Assembly (NCBI GenBank): GCA_037142195.1 | Contig: JBAXBA010000004.1 | Location: forward strand, 22,911 to 86,910 | Length of the DNA stretch: 64,000 nucleotides | Source: Pseudomonadota bacterium | GTDB lineage: Bacteria > Bdellovibrionota_B > Oligoflexia > Oligoflexales > CAIMVM01 | Direction of reading: 5' to 3' | Part shown: piece by piece, positions 28,854-38,827 of the stretch | Numbering within the stretch: the first letter of the stretch is position 1 | How the letters are laid out: each line of letters opens with the position of its first letter | The notes under the pieces: model-generated | Told to the model about the DNA's origin: nothing | The model's database searches: none | What the model saw: the letters and a program-made list of their open reading frames with translations, nothing else | Program-made: the position numbers and the translations under genes

Positions 28854-29994
28854 GACTGGGAGCCGAATCAGAGGGCATAGTCTCATTTTTATCTTTCGAA
28901 CTCGGGGGGAGTGCTCTTTTGTATTGGTCATCTTTGGGTTCAGGCGTCGACGGTTCAGAGGAAGAATGTGCCGGAAGTGCGCTAGAGGATGGCGTTCGTT
29001 CCAAGGAATCTCCTGGGGGGCCAGATTCGAGACGATTTTGAGGCGAGTCAACATCTTTGGAATCTTCAGATGGATTTAAAGCTTTAACAGAGGTTTCGCT
29101 TTTTGAATCTTGGATTCTCTCTTGCATCAGAGCTTCATTTTTTGGGTCCTGGTTTCTGGTTTCATCTAGATCGGACTCATCCAAATCATTGATCGGGTCA
29201 ATTTCAGACTGCTCATCTTTTTTCTCATTTCTAATGTCTTCGGTGTATCCGAAAATGGGTCTGCCAAAATTTCCACTAGCCATGGTTTGTCCCCATTGGC
29301 TCCGTGTTATGTATCCTCCGAGCAACATCTGCTTTAATATAAATTTAAAACGTTTTTGATTGAACAAGCTCAGATTTTTTTGCTTCAAGCCTTTTGACCA
29401 CTTATTGGGAGCAGGCAAAACTAAAGCGAGGCTAACAGCTTGAGCAATAGTCAGTTTTTCTGGAGGCACTTTGAAATAGGCCTTACTGGCCTCAGAGATT
29501 CCGTAAATGCCATCACCAAATTCCACCATGTTGATGTACCACTCAAGGATTTCATTCTTGCTTAAACTTTGTTCTAGAAGTAACGCGCCAACGGCTTCGC
29601 GTATCTTTCTCACGTAGGATCTTTCGTAGCTGAGAAGACCTACTTTGACAACCTGTTGAGTGATGGTAGAACCACCACGCATCTTCTTTTTATTTTTTTG
29701 ATTGTAAGACCACGACTTGCGAATGGCTTCCAGATCAAGACCTTTGTGCTCATAAAATTTTCCATCTTCGGCGCATACAAAAGCTGCCAATACGTGCTTG
29801 GATACCTCCTGTGATTGCGTCCAACCTGGGTGTCCCGGTCCTACTAGCTTTTGAAACGAAGTGCTTGTTGAGTAGATGTATCTCGTTTGATTTATAGTCC
29901 CTATATTAAATGCTGGGGTAAATGGAATAAACCAAAACAAGAAAGCTAGTATTGCTCCACTTAATATGTAAATGATTTTCTTTCGAAGTGACAT
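28846..29994 (-). CDS. mtgA: Monofunctional peptidoglycan transglycosylase (GT51) with disordered C-terminal tail
   Basis: 'AEDGKFYEHKG', 'GGSTITQQVVK', 'RKIRE', 'YINMVEFG'. Confidence 0.85.
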   Translation of the reverse strand: MSLRKKIIYILSGAILAFLFWFIPFTPAFNIGTINQTRYIYSTSTSFQKLVGPGHPGWTQSQEVSKHVLAAFVCAEDGKFYEHKGLDLEAIRKSWSYNQKNKKKMRGGSTITQQVVKVGLLSYERSYVRKIREAVGALLLEQSLSKNEILEWYINMVEFGDGIYGISEASKAYFKVPPEKLTIAQAVSLALVLPAPNKWSKGLKQKNLSLFNQKRFKFILKQMLLGGYITRSQWGQTMASGNFGRPIFGYTEDIRNEKKDEQSEIDPINDLDESDLDETRNQDPKNEALMQERIQDSKSETSVKALNPSEDSKDVDSPQNRLESGPPGDSLERTPSSSALPAHSSSEPSTPEPKDDQYKRALPPSSKDKNETMPSDSAPSHE

Positions 29995-30371
29995 CCTTGA
30001 TCTAAATCCCCCATAGCATGTCTATTATGGCATTTTTTTGTGCAAATGCAATCTCATGGCGAGCCTGTACTTCATATTTTACGTTGCCTATGCTCTTTTA
30101 GAATTTTTTCCTGTGGGTAACCGAGAGGCGCTGCAGCAAAATCCAAAAACTATAAGCGCAGAATCATGAGACGAGCCTGGCTGTTACGAAGTGATGATAC
30201 TTCTTTCAAATTAGGCGGAAATTGTATGCAAAAAGAGAGATAAGGAGCAGGTTTCTAGAGATGTTCTTGAATAAATGCTGATTTTATAGATGTTAAATAA
30301 CGACTGCTAATGGCTATGTGACATCACAATTGAAGACTGAAGCGCTAAATTGAGCGCGAGAAAGAAAAAAC

Positions 30372-30452
30372 TTTCCCTTAACTCTTTCCCTTAACTCTTT
30401 TTCCCTTAACTCTTTTTCCCTTAATTCTTTTTCCCTTAACTCTTTCCCTTAA
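30372..30452. repeat. Six tandem copies of a 13-15 bp unit (TTCCCTTAAYTC) ending in the thrC stop codon
   Basis: TTCCCTTAA at 30373, 30386, 30401, 30416, 30431 and 30444. Confidence 0.92.
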
Positions 30453-31693
30453 CACACTTCATTTAATGCCTTTCTAATGATAGAAATTTCGGGCTCGACT
30501 TCTTTAAAACTTACCTTATGAATGTCCATGGAGGCTTCATTGTCTTTAAGAAGGTGACCCGTTAGAATCAAAATTACCGATTCTTCTGGTTTTATCTGAT
30601 TATTTTGTCTTAGCTTTTTGAGACCAGCTAAGGTGGTTGCACTTGCAGGCTCGCATCCGATTCCGGCAAGGTCGATTTGTCTCTTTGCTTCCATAATTTC
30701 TGAGTCCGTTACGGATTCCACGAGTCCCCCAGTTGAGGTGATGGCTTTTCTAGCCTTTGCGAAATTTACTGGGTTACCAATACGAATCGCAGTGGCGATG
30801 GTTTCCGCCTTGACGGATTCTAATGTAGCAAAATCTTGTTGATAGCTTTTGAAGAAAGGAGAAGCGCCCGCTGCTTGTATCGTAACGATTTTGGGTCGTT
30901 TTTTAATCCAGCCCCAGCGAAAGGCCTCATCAATTGCCTTTCCAAAGGCGCTTGTATTGCCGAGATTTCCTCCCGGAACCAGGATCCAATCGGGTGGATT
31001 CCACTCCAGATCCTGAAGGAGTTCCCAAATAATGGTCTTTTGACCTTCGATGCGAAAAGGGTTTATGGAGTTGACTAGATAAACGAGCTCTTCTTCAGCA
31101 AGTTGTTTAACGATTTCCATGGCCCGATCAAAATCGCCTTTAACAGCAAAGACGTGGGCACCATAAGCGAGTGTTTGACTTAATTTGCCTTGGCTTACTT
31201 TGCCGGATGGTAAAAAGACGACGCTTTTTAAACCCGCTCGGGCTGCGTAGGATGCCAATGAGGAGCTTGTATTGCCAGTGGAGGCGCAAGCAAGGACCTT
31301 TTGTCCTAAATGCTTTGCTACAGAAACTGCTAGAGTCATGCCTCTATCTTTAAAGGAACCAGTAGGATTTTCTCCCTCATGTTTTAGCCGAAGATTCATG
31401 GCTCCGGACCATTGCTCTAATCTTTCGGATCGATGTAAAGGTGTGGAGCCTTCGCTCTGGGTTACAAAAGACGATTCAGGCAGAGGGATTAAACCCTCTC
31501 TAAATCGCCAGACGCCACTTCGGTCCCAGACTTTTCTACTGGCAAGACGGGAGTCTAAATTTTCCCTTACAATAGGGGCCTCAGAACTATTTTGCGCAAC
31601 CTCAAGCAATCCGCCGCAAGAACAAAAATATCTAATTTTAAACAATTCAAATTTGAGATTGCAATCAAGACAACTAAGTTTTAATTCAGACAT
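30449..31693 (-). CDS. thrC: Threonine synthase
   Basis: 'KHEGENPTGSFKDRG', 'CASTGNT', 'PGGNLGN', 'CEPASA', 'LTGHLLKD'. Confidence 0.93.
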   Translation of the reverse strand: MSELKLSCLDCNLKFELFKIRYFCSCGGLLEVAQNSSEAPIVRENLDSRLASRKVWDRSGVWRFREGLIPLPESSFVTQSEGSTPLHRSERLEQWSGAMNLRLKHEGENPTGSFKDRGMTLAVSVAKHLGQKVLACASTGNTSSSLASYAARAGLKSVVFLPSGKVSQGKLSQTLAYGAHVFAVKGDFDRAMEIVKQLAEEELVYLVNSINPFRIEGQKTIIWELLQDLEWNPPDWILVPGGNLGNTSAFGKAIDEAFRWGWIKKRPKIVTIQAAGASPFFKSYQQDFATLESVKAETIATAIRIGNPVNFAKARKAITSTGGLVESVTDSEIMEAKRQIDLAGIGCEPASATTLAGLKKLRQNNQIKPEESVILILTGHLLKDNEASMDIHKVSFKEVEPEISIIRKALNEVC

Positions 31694-32612
31694 AATTCAC
31701 CTGTGCTCCTTTATTGCTTGGCTGACAGACATGGGTTTGAATGGTAGAACCCCACAAAGCTTTTAAGCCATCTTCTATGTTTAGAGCTATTTCTTTAGAT
31801 GTGGAAACTGCAAAACAGGTAGGGCCGCTTCCGCTTAACGAGAATCCTAAAGCTCCTTTATCCATAGCCAAAGCTTTTGCTTCAAAAAATAGGGGAACGA
31901 ATTTAGCTCGCTCTGGCTCTGCAAAGGGATCGATGAGTCCAAATTTCAGGGCCTCATAGTCGGGTAGGGCGAGTGCAAGAGCCAAAGTTGTGCAATGGGA
32001 CATTTGTTTTGTCCATCTTTTGGTGGGTAGGCTTTCCTTGAGAACCAATCTTGCGTCTTTGGTCATGACTTTAACCTTAGGAGTCGCCACGGTTAGCCAA
32101 ATATGGGCTTTAAAAGGAACGGAGTAAACTTGGCATTCGTCCACATCTTGAACCAAGGTGAGACCACCTAAAAGACACGGCGCGATATTGTCCAGATGTC
32201 GCCCTGCCACCGCGCTTTCTCCGGCAAGTGCTGCCTGAATTATGTTTTTTTTAGTATGAGGAGTCTCGATGTCGTGGCCTGCGAATAAGGCAGCTGCTAA
32301 AGCTCCCGCAACACTTGCGGCAGCGCTTGCCCCAAGGCCGCCGGAAAGCGGCAGCTGCCTTTCTAGGAGCACTCTATAGGGAGCCTCCTCTAAGCTCTGG
32401 GATTTGAAATAGGCATTCGACGCAATACAAATGGCATTTTGGGCGGGGGCCAGAGGTACTAATTCTGCATCTTTTCCGAAAACCTTGATTTCGAAGCTTT
32501 CAGATTCTGAAAATAGAAATGAGTCGCTCAGCCCTTCTAAGCAAAGTCCAAGAACATCAAATCCAGAACCTAAATTCGCAATTGTGGCGGGGGAGGTGAT
32601 TTTGAAATTCAT
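31686..32612 (-). CDS. thrB: Homoserine kinase
   Basis: 'PATIANLGSGFDVLG', 'PLSGGLGASAA', 'HLDNIAP', 'SGSGPT'. Confidence 0.93.
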   Translation of the reverse strand: MNFKITSPATIANLGSGFDVLGLCLEGLSDSFLFSESESFEIKVFGKDAELVPLAPAQNAICIASNAYFKSQSLEEAPYRVLLERQLPLSGGLGASAAASVAGALAAALFAGHDIETPHTKKNIIQAALAGESAVAGRHLDNIAPCLLGGLTLVQDVDECQVYSVPFKAHIWLTVATPKVKVMTKDARLVLKESLPTKRWTKQMSHCTTLALALALPDYEALKFGLIDPFAEPERAKFVPLFFEAKALAMDKGALGFSLSGSGPTCFAVSTSKEIALNIEDGLKALWGSTIQTHVCQPSNKGAQVNYV

Positions 32613-35158
32613 AAGGAATTTGTCCTTTCTTGACTCGAAGCGATACTTACAATGTCGTTCAAGACCCCAGCGGCCGTGACTTCAGCGCCAGCACCTGGCC
32701 CCGTTACGATGAGGGGATTTTCATAGTATCGCTTCGTTTTAACAGCAACCTGATTGTCAGTCCCTCTCAGCCTTCCCAGGGAAGAGCTTAGGGGGACTTC
32801 TTTGATGCCGACGGAAACGTGATCTTTTGAGATAGAAGCAACGTAACGCAGGGTGTGCCCCCGGCTCTGTGCCTGAGTCATGAGTTCGCTAAAGCGCAAA
32901 TCGAGAGTTTCCAATTCTTCAAGAAATTCCTGTGTGGTCTTGCGATTCAAAGCCTCTGGAACTAGGGATGTTAAACTAATGTCGGAAAGGTCGATTTTGA
33001 GACCGATAAATCTGGCTAAAATAAGAGCCTTTCTTGCTACATCAATACCAGATAGATCATCGCGCGGGTCAGGTTCGGTAAACCCCTTGGCATGGGCATC
33101 TTTCAAAGCTTTGGAAAAAGGGATGTGTTCTTCAAGCTGAGTCATCAAGTAGCCCAACGTACCAGAAAAACAACCGTGAATTTCGATAATTTCATCTCCA
33201 CTGGAGGCCAGTTTTTCAAGCGTATCTAGTATCGGCAATCCCGCACCGACGGTGGCTTCATAACGGATGCGGACTTGATGGGTTTCCGCTAAGTTTAGCA
33301 GGTCACGGTAGTCTGTGTAGGGTGCGGCAAGTGGCTTCTTGTTCGCCAACACTACGTGAAAGCCAGAAATAATAGCCTGTTTGATTTGAGATAACGAGTC
33401 ACTATTGGTGACATCTACAAAAATTTTTCTGCTCCAGGGCCCCCCCCAAAGGTCTGAAGATTCTCTACTAAGGGGGAACTCGGTGATTTTTTTCAAGGAA
33501 AGTCCGTGGGACTTTTGCTGCAATAGGGAGAGCAAAGCTTTGGATGAAAATCCAGCTTCACAAAGAGTTTGGCCTGACGTATCGGAGACGCCAATGATAG
33601 GGCACTTAAGCTTTAATTTTGTGGCTAAGAAGTCATTTTGTTCTAACAGTTGTTGCGTCAACTTCTGCCCTATTTGGCCTAATCCATTGAGGTAGAGATG
33701 GGTTACCTGTGGATTTCTTGACGGAATGGCTCTTAGTCTTTCAAGTCCATACTCCTTGTGCAGGGCTCGCAAGGCTTTGGGTGCTAAGTCATTAGGGCTA
33801 ACTATAGAAATGTTAAGCTCTGAGGAACCTTGGGCAATGGCAGAAATGCTTATGTCTTCCTTGGCAATGGCTTGAAAGGCTCTGGCCGCAATGCCAGGTG
33901 TTCCCTTCATTCCCAGTCCGACAATGGCGATAATGGCTAGATTTTCTTCAAGTCGGACAGCATCTATAAAATGGTTGGCGATTTCATCGGCAAAGGCAAG
34001 GTCCAAGAGTTGTTTTGCTTTTTGTCCGATTCTGCCAGGTACGATAAAACATATGCTGGTTTCACTTGACGTCTGGGAGATGAACGACACCGAAATCTTA
34101 TTTTCCGCCATTACAGCAAAAGTTTTTGCGGCAGTGCCAGGGACTCCCTGCATGGCCCTTCCTTCAAGGGTCAGCATAGACTGATTTTCGACAAAACTTA
34201 CTGCCTTCACTGGAAAGCTTTCAAAATTGGAAACAGAACTGATTCTAGTGCCTGGTCTTTCCGGGTGAAATATGTTTTTTACAGTCAAAGGAATCGACTT
34301 TGGAATTAAAGGTAAAAAAACTTTCGGATGAAGGACTTTTCCACCAAAGAAACCGAGTTCCTGAGCCTCACGGTAATGTAACTCTGGAACCACGCGAGCA
34401 TCAAAAACATGCCGTGAATCAGAAGTAGTGAAGCCATCACCTTCTTTATAGATATAAACTTCGCTTGCTCCCATGTAGTCAGCAACAAGTGTTGCTATAT
34501 AATCTGAGCTTGGATCAGTAAGTTTCATCAGGCCTTCATTGATCTCGCCAAAGGAGCCACACAGGATGATGATTTCTTGATTTTCTACGCTTTGATTTAG
34601 AATTTCCTTTGCTGCTCTTTCAGAAAATTGCTGCTCAGGTACAAATTCCGGTCCTTTGGTTTGTAGCTTAATTATCTTCGAAGTGGGAGAGACGGCAGCC
34701 CTAATACCTAGATCGAGGAGCCCAGCCTTTAACAAAAGACCCCAAATGGCTTCTCCTTCGTGAAGAGCTCTCTTGGTTTCGCTTAATGAAGGTAGAATTC
34801 CAGTCTCAAGGCCTTTGCTGATAGACTTCACTGCGCTTAGGCTTTGGTTCAAATGAAGCTTAAAGGAATCGCATGCAGCCTTAGAGAGTCCAAGTTGAGA
34901 CGCTTCTTCACTTGAAATATCTTCTATTGCAGCAAGAAGGTTTTGACGATTCAAGAGAGGCGCACTGGGCTGTTCCTGAGAAACTTGACAGTAGCTAGAG
35001 ATGAGTTCATGAATTGCCCTGGAGCCCGACAAAACAAGGCAAACCGGGGTCTTGATTTCACTCACTATCTGCGCTGCCTTTGCGAATGAATCCTTGTTTT
35101 TAAGGGAGTCACCGCTGAACTTAACGACTTTAACATTCCTAATCAAGGCTGCTCCCAT
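32609..35158 (-). CDS. thrA: ThrA-like aspartokinase-ACT-homoserine dehydrogenase fusion (kinase motifs degenerate)
   Basis: HSDH motifs intact ('GLGQIG', 'ANKK', 'YEATVGAGLP', 'EPDPRDDLSGIDVARK', 'GPGAG'); two ACT domains; AK motifs altered. Confidence 0.88.
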   Translation of the reverse strand: MGAALIRNVKVVKFSGDSLKNKDSFAKAAQIVSEIKTPVCLVLSGSRAIHELISSYCQVSQEQPSAPLLNRQNLLAAIEDISSEEASQLGLSKAACDSFKLHLNQSLSAVKSISKGLETGILPSLSETKRALHEGEAIWGLLLKAGLLDLGIRAAVSPTSKIIKLQTKGPEFVPEQQFSERAAKEILNQSVENQEIIILCGSFGEINEGLMKLTDPSSDYIATLVADYMGASEVYIYKEGDGFTTSDSRHVFDARVVPELHYREAQELGFFGGKVLHPKVFLPLIPKSIPLTVKNIFHPERPGTRISSVSNFESFPVKAVSFVENQSMLTLEGRAMQGVPGTAAKTFAVMAENKISVSFISQTSSETSICFIVPGRIGQKAKQLLDLAFADEIANHFIDAVRLEENLAIIAIVGLGMKGTPGIAARAFQAIAKEDISISAIAQGSSELNISIVSPNDLAPKALRALHKEYGLERLRAIPSRNPQVTHLYLNGLGQIGQKLTQQLLEQNDFLATKLKLKCPIIGVSDTSGQTLCEAGFSSKALLSLLQQKSHGLSLKKITEFPLSRESSDLWGGPWSRKIFVDVTNSDSLSQIKQAIISGFHVVLANKKPLAAPYTDYRDLLNLAETHQVRIRYEATVGAGLPILDTLEKLASSGDEIIEIHGCFSGTLGYLMTQLEEHIPFSKALKDAHAKGFTEPDPRDDLSGIDVARKALILARFIGLKIDLSDISLTSLVPEALNRKTTQEFLEELETLDLRFSELMTQAQSRGHTLRYVASISKDHVSVGIKEVPLSSSLGRLRGTDNQVAVKTKRYYENPLIVTGPGAGAEVTAAGVLNDIVSIASSQERTNSL

Positions 35159-35324
35159 TTCCAAACTTAAAAAGTGGCCATCATCTTGTCTGTTTTGGTG
35201 CTTGCAGGAAGCGACAAGAATGCCACAAAGACTTAATTCTCAATAAACTCATTTCATTCGCTATATGCCTGTTGGTTGGTATTATAGCTATATAACCCGT
35301 ACTTATCAATATTGCATCTCAAAA

Positions 35325-35435
35325 TTCAGCGGTTGAGACAGAGATTTTGGCAGAAATTGTCAGTTTCTAAGCTAAGTTTTAAAATCCTGTCTTAGCAAAT
35401 AGAAAAAACCTCCTGCAACTGAAAGCGGAGGTTCT
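35325..35435. repeat. 111-bp structured direct repeat, copy 1
   Basis: Matches 39102-39212 with 3 substitutions; internal inverted repeats. Confidence 0.95.
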
Positions 35436-35655
35436 CATTATGATGTCAAAGAGTCTCGAGGTCTAAAGGGGTATTGAAAAAATGTTGCTTTCTTGGGCCT
35501 AGAATCGCCACAAAAATCTTCAGTTGAACTCCATTGCTGCAAATTCATACCGGCGGGGTGAGGGGAATATTTCAGAAAGTGGCTTGATTTTCTTACTTTC
35601 AGAAATTCTTTAACCCAATCTCCAGAGTTATCTGATTAGGATTTAGAACAAGTTT

Positions 35656-35688
35656 AAAAGCGAGGAGCTAAAAATCCCTCGCTTTTTT
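35656..35688. terminator. Bidirectional terminator-like hairpin downstream of the TA-like pair
   Basis: AAAAGCGAGG / CCTCGCTTTT stem with A- and T-runs on either side. Confidence 0.65.
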
Positions 35689-35757
35689 ACGGCCCTAGTA
35701 GTCATCCAGTGCGCGATCGGATTTTAGAATGTTCTTTCTGCTATACCTAAGGTTTCG

Positions 35758-36069
35758 TTAAGAGACCAATTTATTTAGATCTTCCGGTTTAATGCGATAC
35801 TCTCGGCCAACTTTTTTAGGTTTCAGTTTTCCGGATTCAATCCACCGCAAAATCGTGCGTTCGGATTTATTCAGGTATTTAGCAGCCGCTTCAACGGTAA
35901 ACCAAGGATGATCTGCTTTTGAAATTTCAAGTATTTGAATTTCTACAAGTTCCCCTGAACGGTCAAAGCCGGCAAATACATTCGGAGTAATTTCATCATC
36001 ACGAGAAACTCTAGCTTCTTTAAATATAATCGAAAGTGCATCAGCTTTTTTGTCAAAAGTTATTTTCAT
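35758..36069 (-). CDS. DUF2283-like domain fused to an excisionase-type HTH_17; putative antitoxin
   Basis: 'MKITFDKKADALSI...GFDRSGELVEIQIL' plus 'FTVEAAAKYLNKSERTILRWIESGKLKPKKVGREYRI'; ATGA overlap with the upstream gene. Confidence 0.78.
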   Translation of the reverse strand: MKITFDKKADALSIIFKEARVSRDDEITPNVFAGFDRSGELVEIQILEISKADHPWFTVEAAAKYLNKSERTILRWIESGKLKPKKVGREYRIKPEDLNKLVS

Positions 36070-36332
36070 GGATATGTTCTCCAATTGACGAGGGCGGTGA
36101 TTACTACGAGAGTTGGGCCCTCCACAGCTATCGACAAACTGACCGCGTTGTCGCTACGGCCAGAAATTGATTTGTAGACCCAATACTTATTTTCTTCTGA
36201 CTTTTTCATTACAATCCCACTTTCAATCACGTCGACAATCATATTTAAAGAAATTTCCCTTAAAACCATGCGCTGGCGGACGTGCTCCGTCATCACAAAC
36301 TTAAACTTTCGCTTTAGGAAAACGACTTCCAT
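36066..36332 (-). CDS. DUF4258-like small protein (BrnT/RelE-like fold); putative toxin
   Basis: 'TEHVRQRMVLREI' and C-terminal 'LVVITA'; coupled to the DUF2283-HTH gene. Confidence 0.72.
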   Translation of the reverse strand: MEVVFLKRKFKFVMTEHVRQRMVLREISLNMIVDVIESGIVMKKSEENKYWVYKSISGRSDNAVSLSIAVEGPTLVVITALVNWRTYP

Positions 36333-36880
36333 CTCTTACCCTACTATATATATTGTCATATAATGTCAAATATAAACACGACGTTTAGTCACACAACTTC
36401 GTGGGCACTCCCGCAGCGCTTTTACTGAGAGAACCAGAAAATGCCTCGCTCGGATCAGTTGAGCAACTTCAGCAGTTTTCAACCTCACACGTAAGTGACC
36501 AGAACAAAAGGACTTCCAACCATTCAGCTACCCAAAAAACGATTCAGATTTCGCAATCTTTTGCTCCCGATGGCTGGCTGCAATGTGTATCAATAAATCT
36601 GACGATTCAGGCTTAGAAATATACTTGGGCAAAAAAGAAGTTTGAACAGACAGGTGTAAGTAAGGCTTAGCCCATGTCTGAACAAACTGCAGACTGAAAA
36701 CCAATAGGAGCAGGAACGTCCTACTGAAATTAAACGCACTGCGTCAGTTCATGAGCTTTGTGTAATTGACGTGTGAATTTTCGCTCCGCGGGCAACTGTT
36801 GCTTGAGTAATTCCCCCAGGTTGCAAGGATATTTTAAGACTTTTTTAAGAAAGTTACTCCAACTCCCTAGTTCGGGGAGG

Positions 36881-37519
36881 TTAGGATAGGCAGGGAGTGA
36901 GGCGGACCGCTTTGTTGGTCTCAATCCTTAACTGTCTTGCTGCTATTATCTTCTGTTTAAGTTCCATCTTTTTCTCTGCTGTCCAGCTACCAGTTATGAT
37001 TTCTTCTGGAGTAGCTCCTTTCAAAGCTGAATGGGGAATACAAGTGTTTCTTTCAGTGAGATAGAAATCAGTACCTTTTACTAGCGATTCAATACTAGAC
37101 AGGAGAATGGTAAATAAATACCGGTGTTTCATTCTATGAAAAAGCATTTCTACCATTGATTTACTTTGTTCGATATCGATCTGGGCAATCGTCATTGAAG
37201 TTGACCCTGAATCAACAAGAACATCTACTTTTTCGTTGATGTTCTCACATCCGCTATCAACTTGAACATTTGGTTTCATTTCTAGTCCCAACGAAATCGC
37301 TTTTGCTAAAGCTTTCTTTATAAGTTCTTTGGTTCTAGCACCACCGTAGTCTTTAGATACTTTCCAAGCTAGGACGTACCTTGAATAATTGTCGATAATA
37401 CATTGAACAAATGCCTTGGTGCCATCACCAAGCCAGAGAATTGTCTGATCTAAATGCTAGATTTGACCTGGAGCAGAAGTCCTAATTCCGACCTTTGTCT
37501 TTGGAGGATAGATTCGAAT
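36881..37519 (-). pseudogene. 5'-truncated DDE (rve-type) transposase remnant with an in-frame stop
   Basis: The frame upstream of ORF 36881..37291 reads 'RIYPPKTKVGIRTSAPGQI*HLD...IIDNYSRYVLAW', then 'VDSGCEN' and 'SMVEMLFHRMKH'; TAG at 37457-37459 sits where Trp is expected. Confidence 0.8.
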
Positions 37520-37629
37520 TCAATCCAGACTGCAGAAAAGGGTTATACTTGGAGGAGTGGCTTGATTTTACTACTTACCCTAGATGACATAAGAAAATTG
37601 GCCGAAGGATTGTAAAAACATGTTCCCTT

Positions 37630-38772
37630 TTAAATTTCGACAAAGCGCTGCCAAGGTAGTGCGTTGATGCGCCCAAAAATCTTAGCCTTTGTGTCTCGGG
37701 AAAGCAGATACAAGTCGGCATCGGGAAAATCAGAAGCAAAATTTTCAAGTCCCCTCAAGTGATCTTCGCGAACAAGTTCAGTCGATTTGATCTCAACCAA
37801 AGCAAGGGGACGTCCAGGCCTCTCAATAACCAGATCAATTTCAGCACCAGAAGCGCTCATGAGATAAGAGAACCGGTAGTCGCGCTTCTCGTAACTACTT
37901 GTCATATGAAAGGCATTAACGAGAAACTGCTCAAATAAATCACCAAAGTAGCTTGTTCCCTCTTTCGGCTCCACCGATTGCATGCGAGCCAATGCTCTCG
38001 AGACACCGTTGTCGAAAAAGTAGAATTTAGGCGCTTGGCGTAGACGTTTCCGCACCGAGGAGTGGTACGCATCAAGATGGAATCCCAGCAAAGTATCTTC
38101 GAGAATCGAGTAGTATGATTGGACTGTTTTCGGGTCGACGCCAACATCACGGGCAATATTTGCCAGATTGACTATCTTTCCGAAATTAATGGCAGCTATT
38201 TCGAGAAATTTCCGAAATGGCAGCAAATTACGCACTAGTTGCTCCGCCCAAACTTCCTCTTTTAGGTAAAGTTGGGAATAAGACTCTAGGTAGTCACGTT
38301 TGAGATCCCCAGAATCTAGCGAGAATATTTTTGGCAGGGTTCCCCAGCGAATGGACTCTTCAAGGGAAAAGCGATCACCGAGCTCTTGTGGGATCAAAGG
38401 AAAGAGATTTCTTAGAAAAGCTCTTCCGCCCAAAAGATTTGCCCCTCCAGCTTTAAGCTTTCTTGCGCTCGAACCGGTGAGAATAAAAATTTTTTTGTTC
38501 CCTGGTTGCTCTATAAGCCGATGGACTTCATCCAACAGCTTAGGTATTTTTTGGATTTCATCGATAATCACATGTTGCGCATTACTTTTGGAGACTAGGG
38601 CTTCCAAGTGGTCTGGGGCGAGCATGAGTTCTTCTTCCGTTCGACTCTCAAGCAAATCGATGGTTAGTGCTTCCGGAAAGTGATAGCGCAATAGGGTCGT
38701 CTTGCCGGTGCCTCGAGCTCCGAACAGAAAAAAGTCATGTTGTATTGGTAGCTTAATGATTCTCTGGAACAT
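37630..38772 (-). CDS. AAA_14 ATPase with DUF4143 and a C-terminal PD-(D/E)XK-like domain
   Basis: Walker A 'GARGTGKT', Walker B 'IIDEIQ', 'LTGSS', 'PKFYFFDNG', 'EIDLVI...VEIKS'. Confidence 0.88.
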   Translation of the reverse strand: MFQRIIKLPIQHDFFLFGARGTGKTTLLRYHFPEALTIDLLESRTEEELMLAPDHLEALVSKSNAQHVIIDEIQKIPKLLDEVHRLIEQPGNKKIFILTGSSARKLKAGGANLLGGRAFLRNLFPLIPQELGDRFSLEESIRWGTLPKIFSLDSGDLKRDYLESYSQLYLKEEVWAEQLVRNLLPFRKFLEIAAINFGKIVNLANIARDVGVDPKTVQSYYSILEDTLLGFHLDAYHSSVRKRLRQAPKFYFFDNGVSRALARMQSVEPKEGTSYFGDLFEQFLVNAFHMTSSYEKRDYRFSYLMSASGAEIDLVIERPGRPLALVEIKSTELVREDHLRGLENFASDFPDADLYLLSRDTKAKIFGRINALPWQRFVEI

Positions 38773-38798
38773 ATTCCCTATTTACCTCGCATTTAAGG

Positions 38799-38827
38799 AG
38801 TATAGTCCTTTAGGATCATTATGTCAA
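38799..38827 (-). promoter_or_regulatory. Sigma70-type promoter for the AAA ATPase gene
   Basis: Minus strand TTGACA-N17-TATACT, ending 27 nt before the ATG; GAGG RBS. Confidence 0.72.

Noticed and set aside
30372..30452. Repeat array as possible CRISPR
   Set aside because: Units of 13-15 bp are contiguous with no spacers; no cas genes in the window
35165..35324. Threonine attenuator or leader peptide upstream of thrA
   Set aside because: No Thr/Ile-rich leader ORF or T-box motif seen
35325..35435. 111-bp repeat as an integron attC site
   Set aside because: Lacks the RYYYAAC...GTTRRRY order; no integrase in the window
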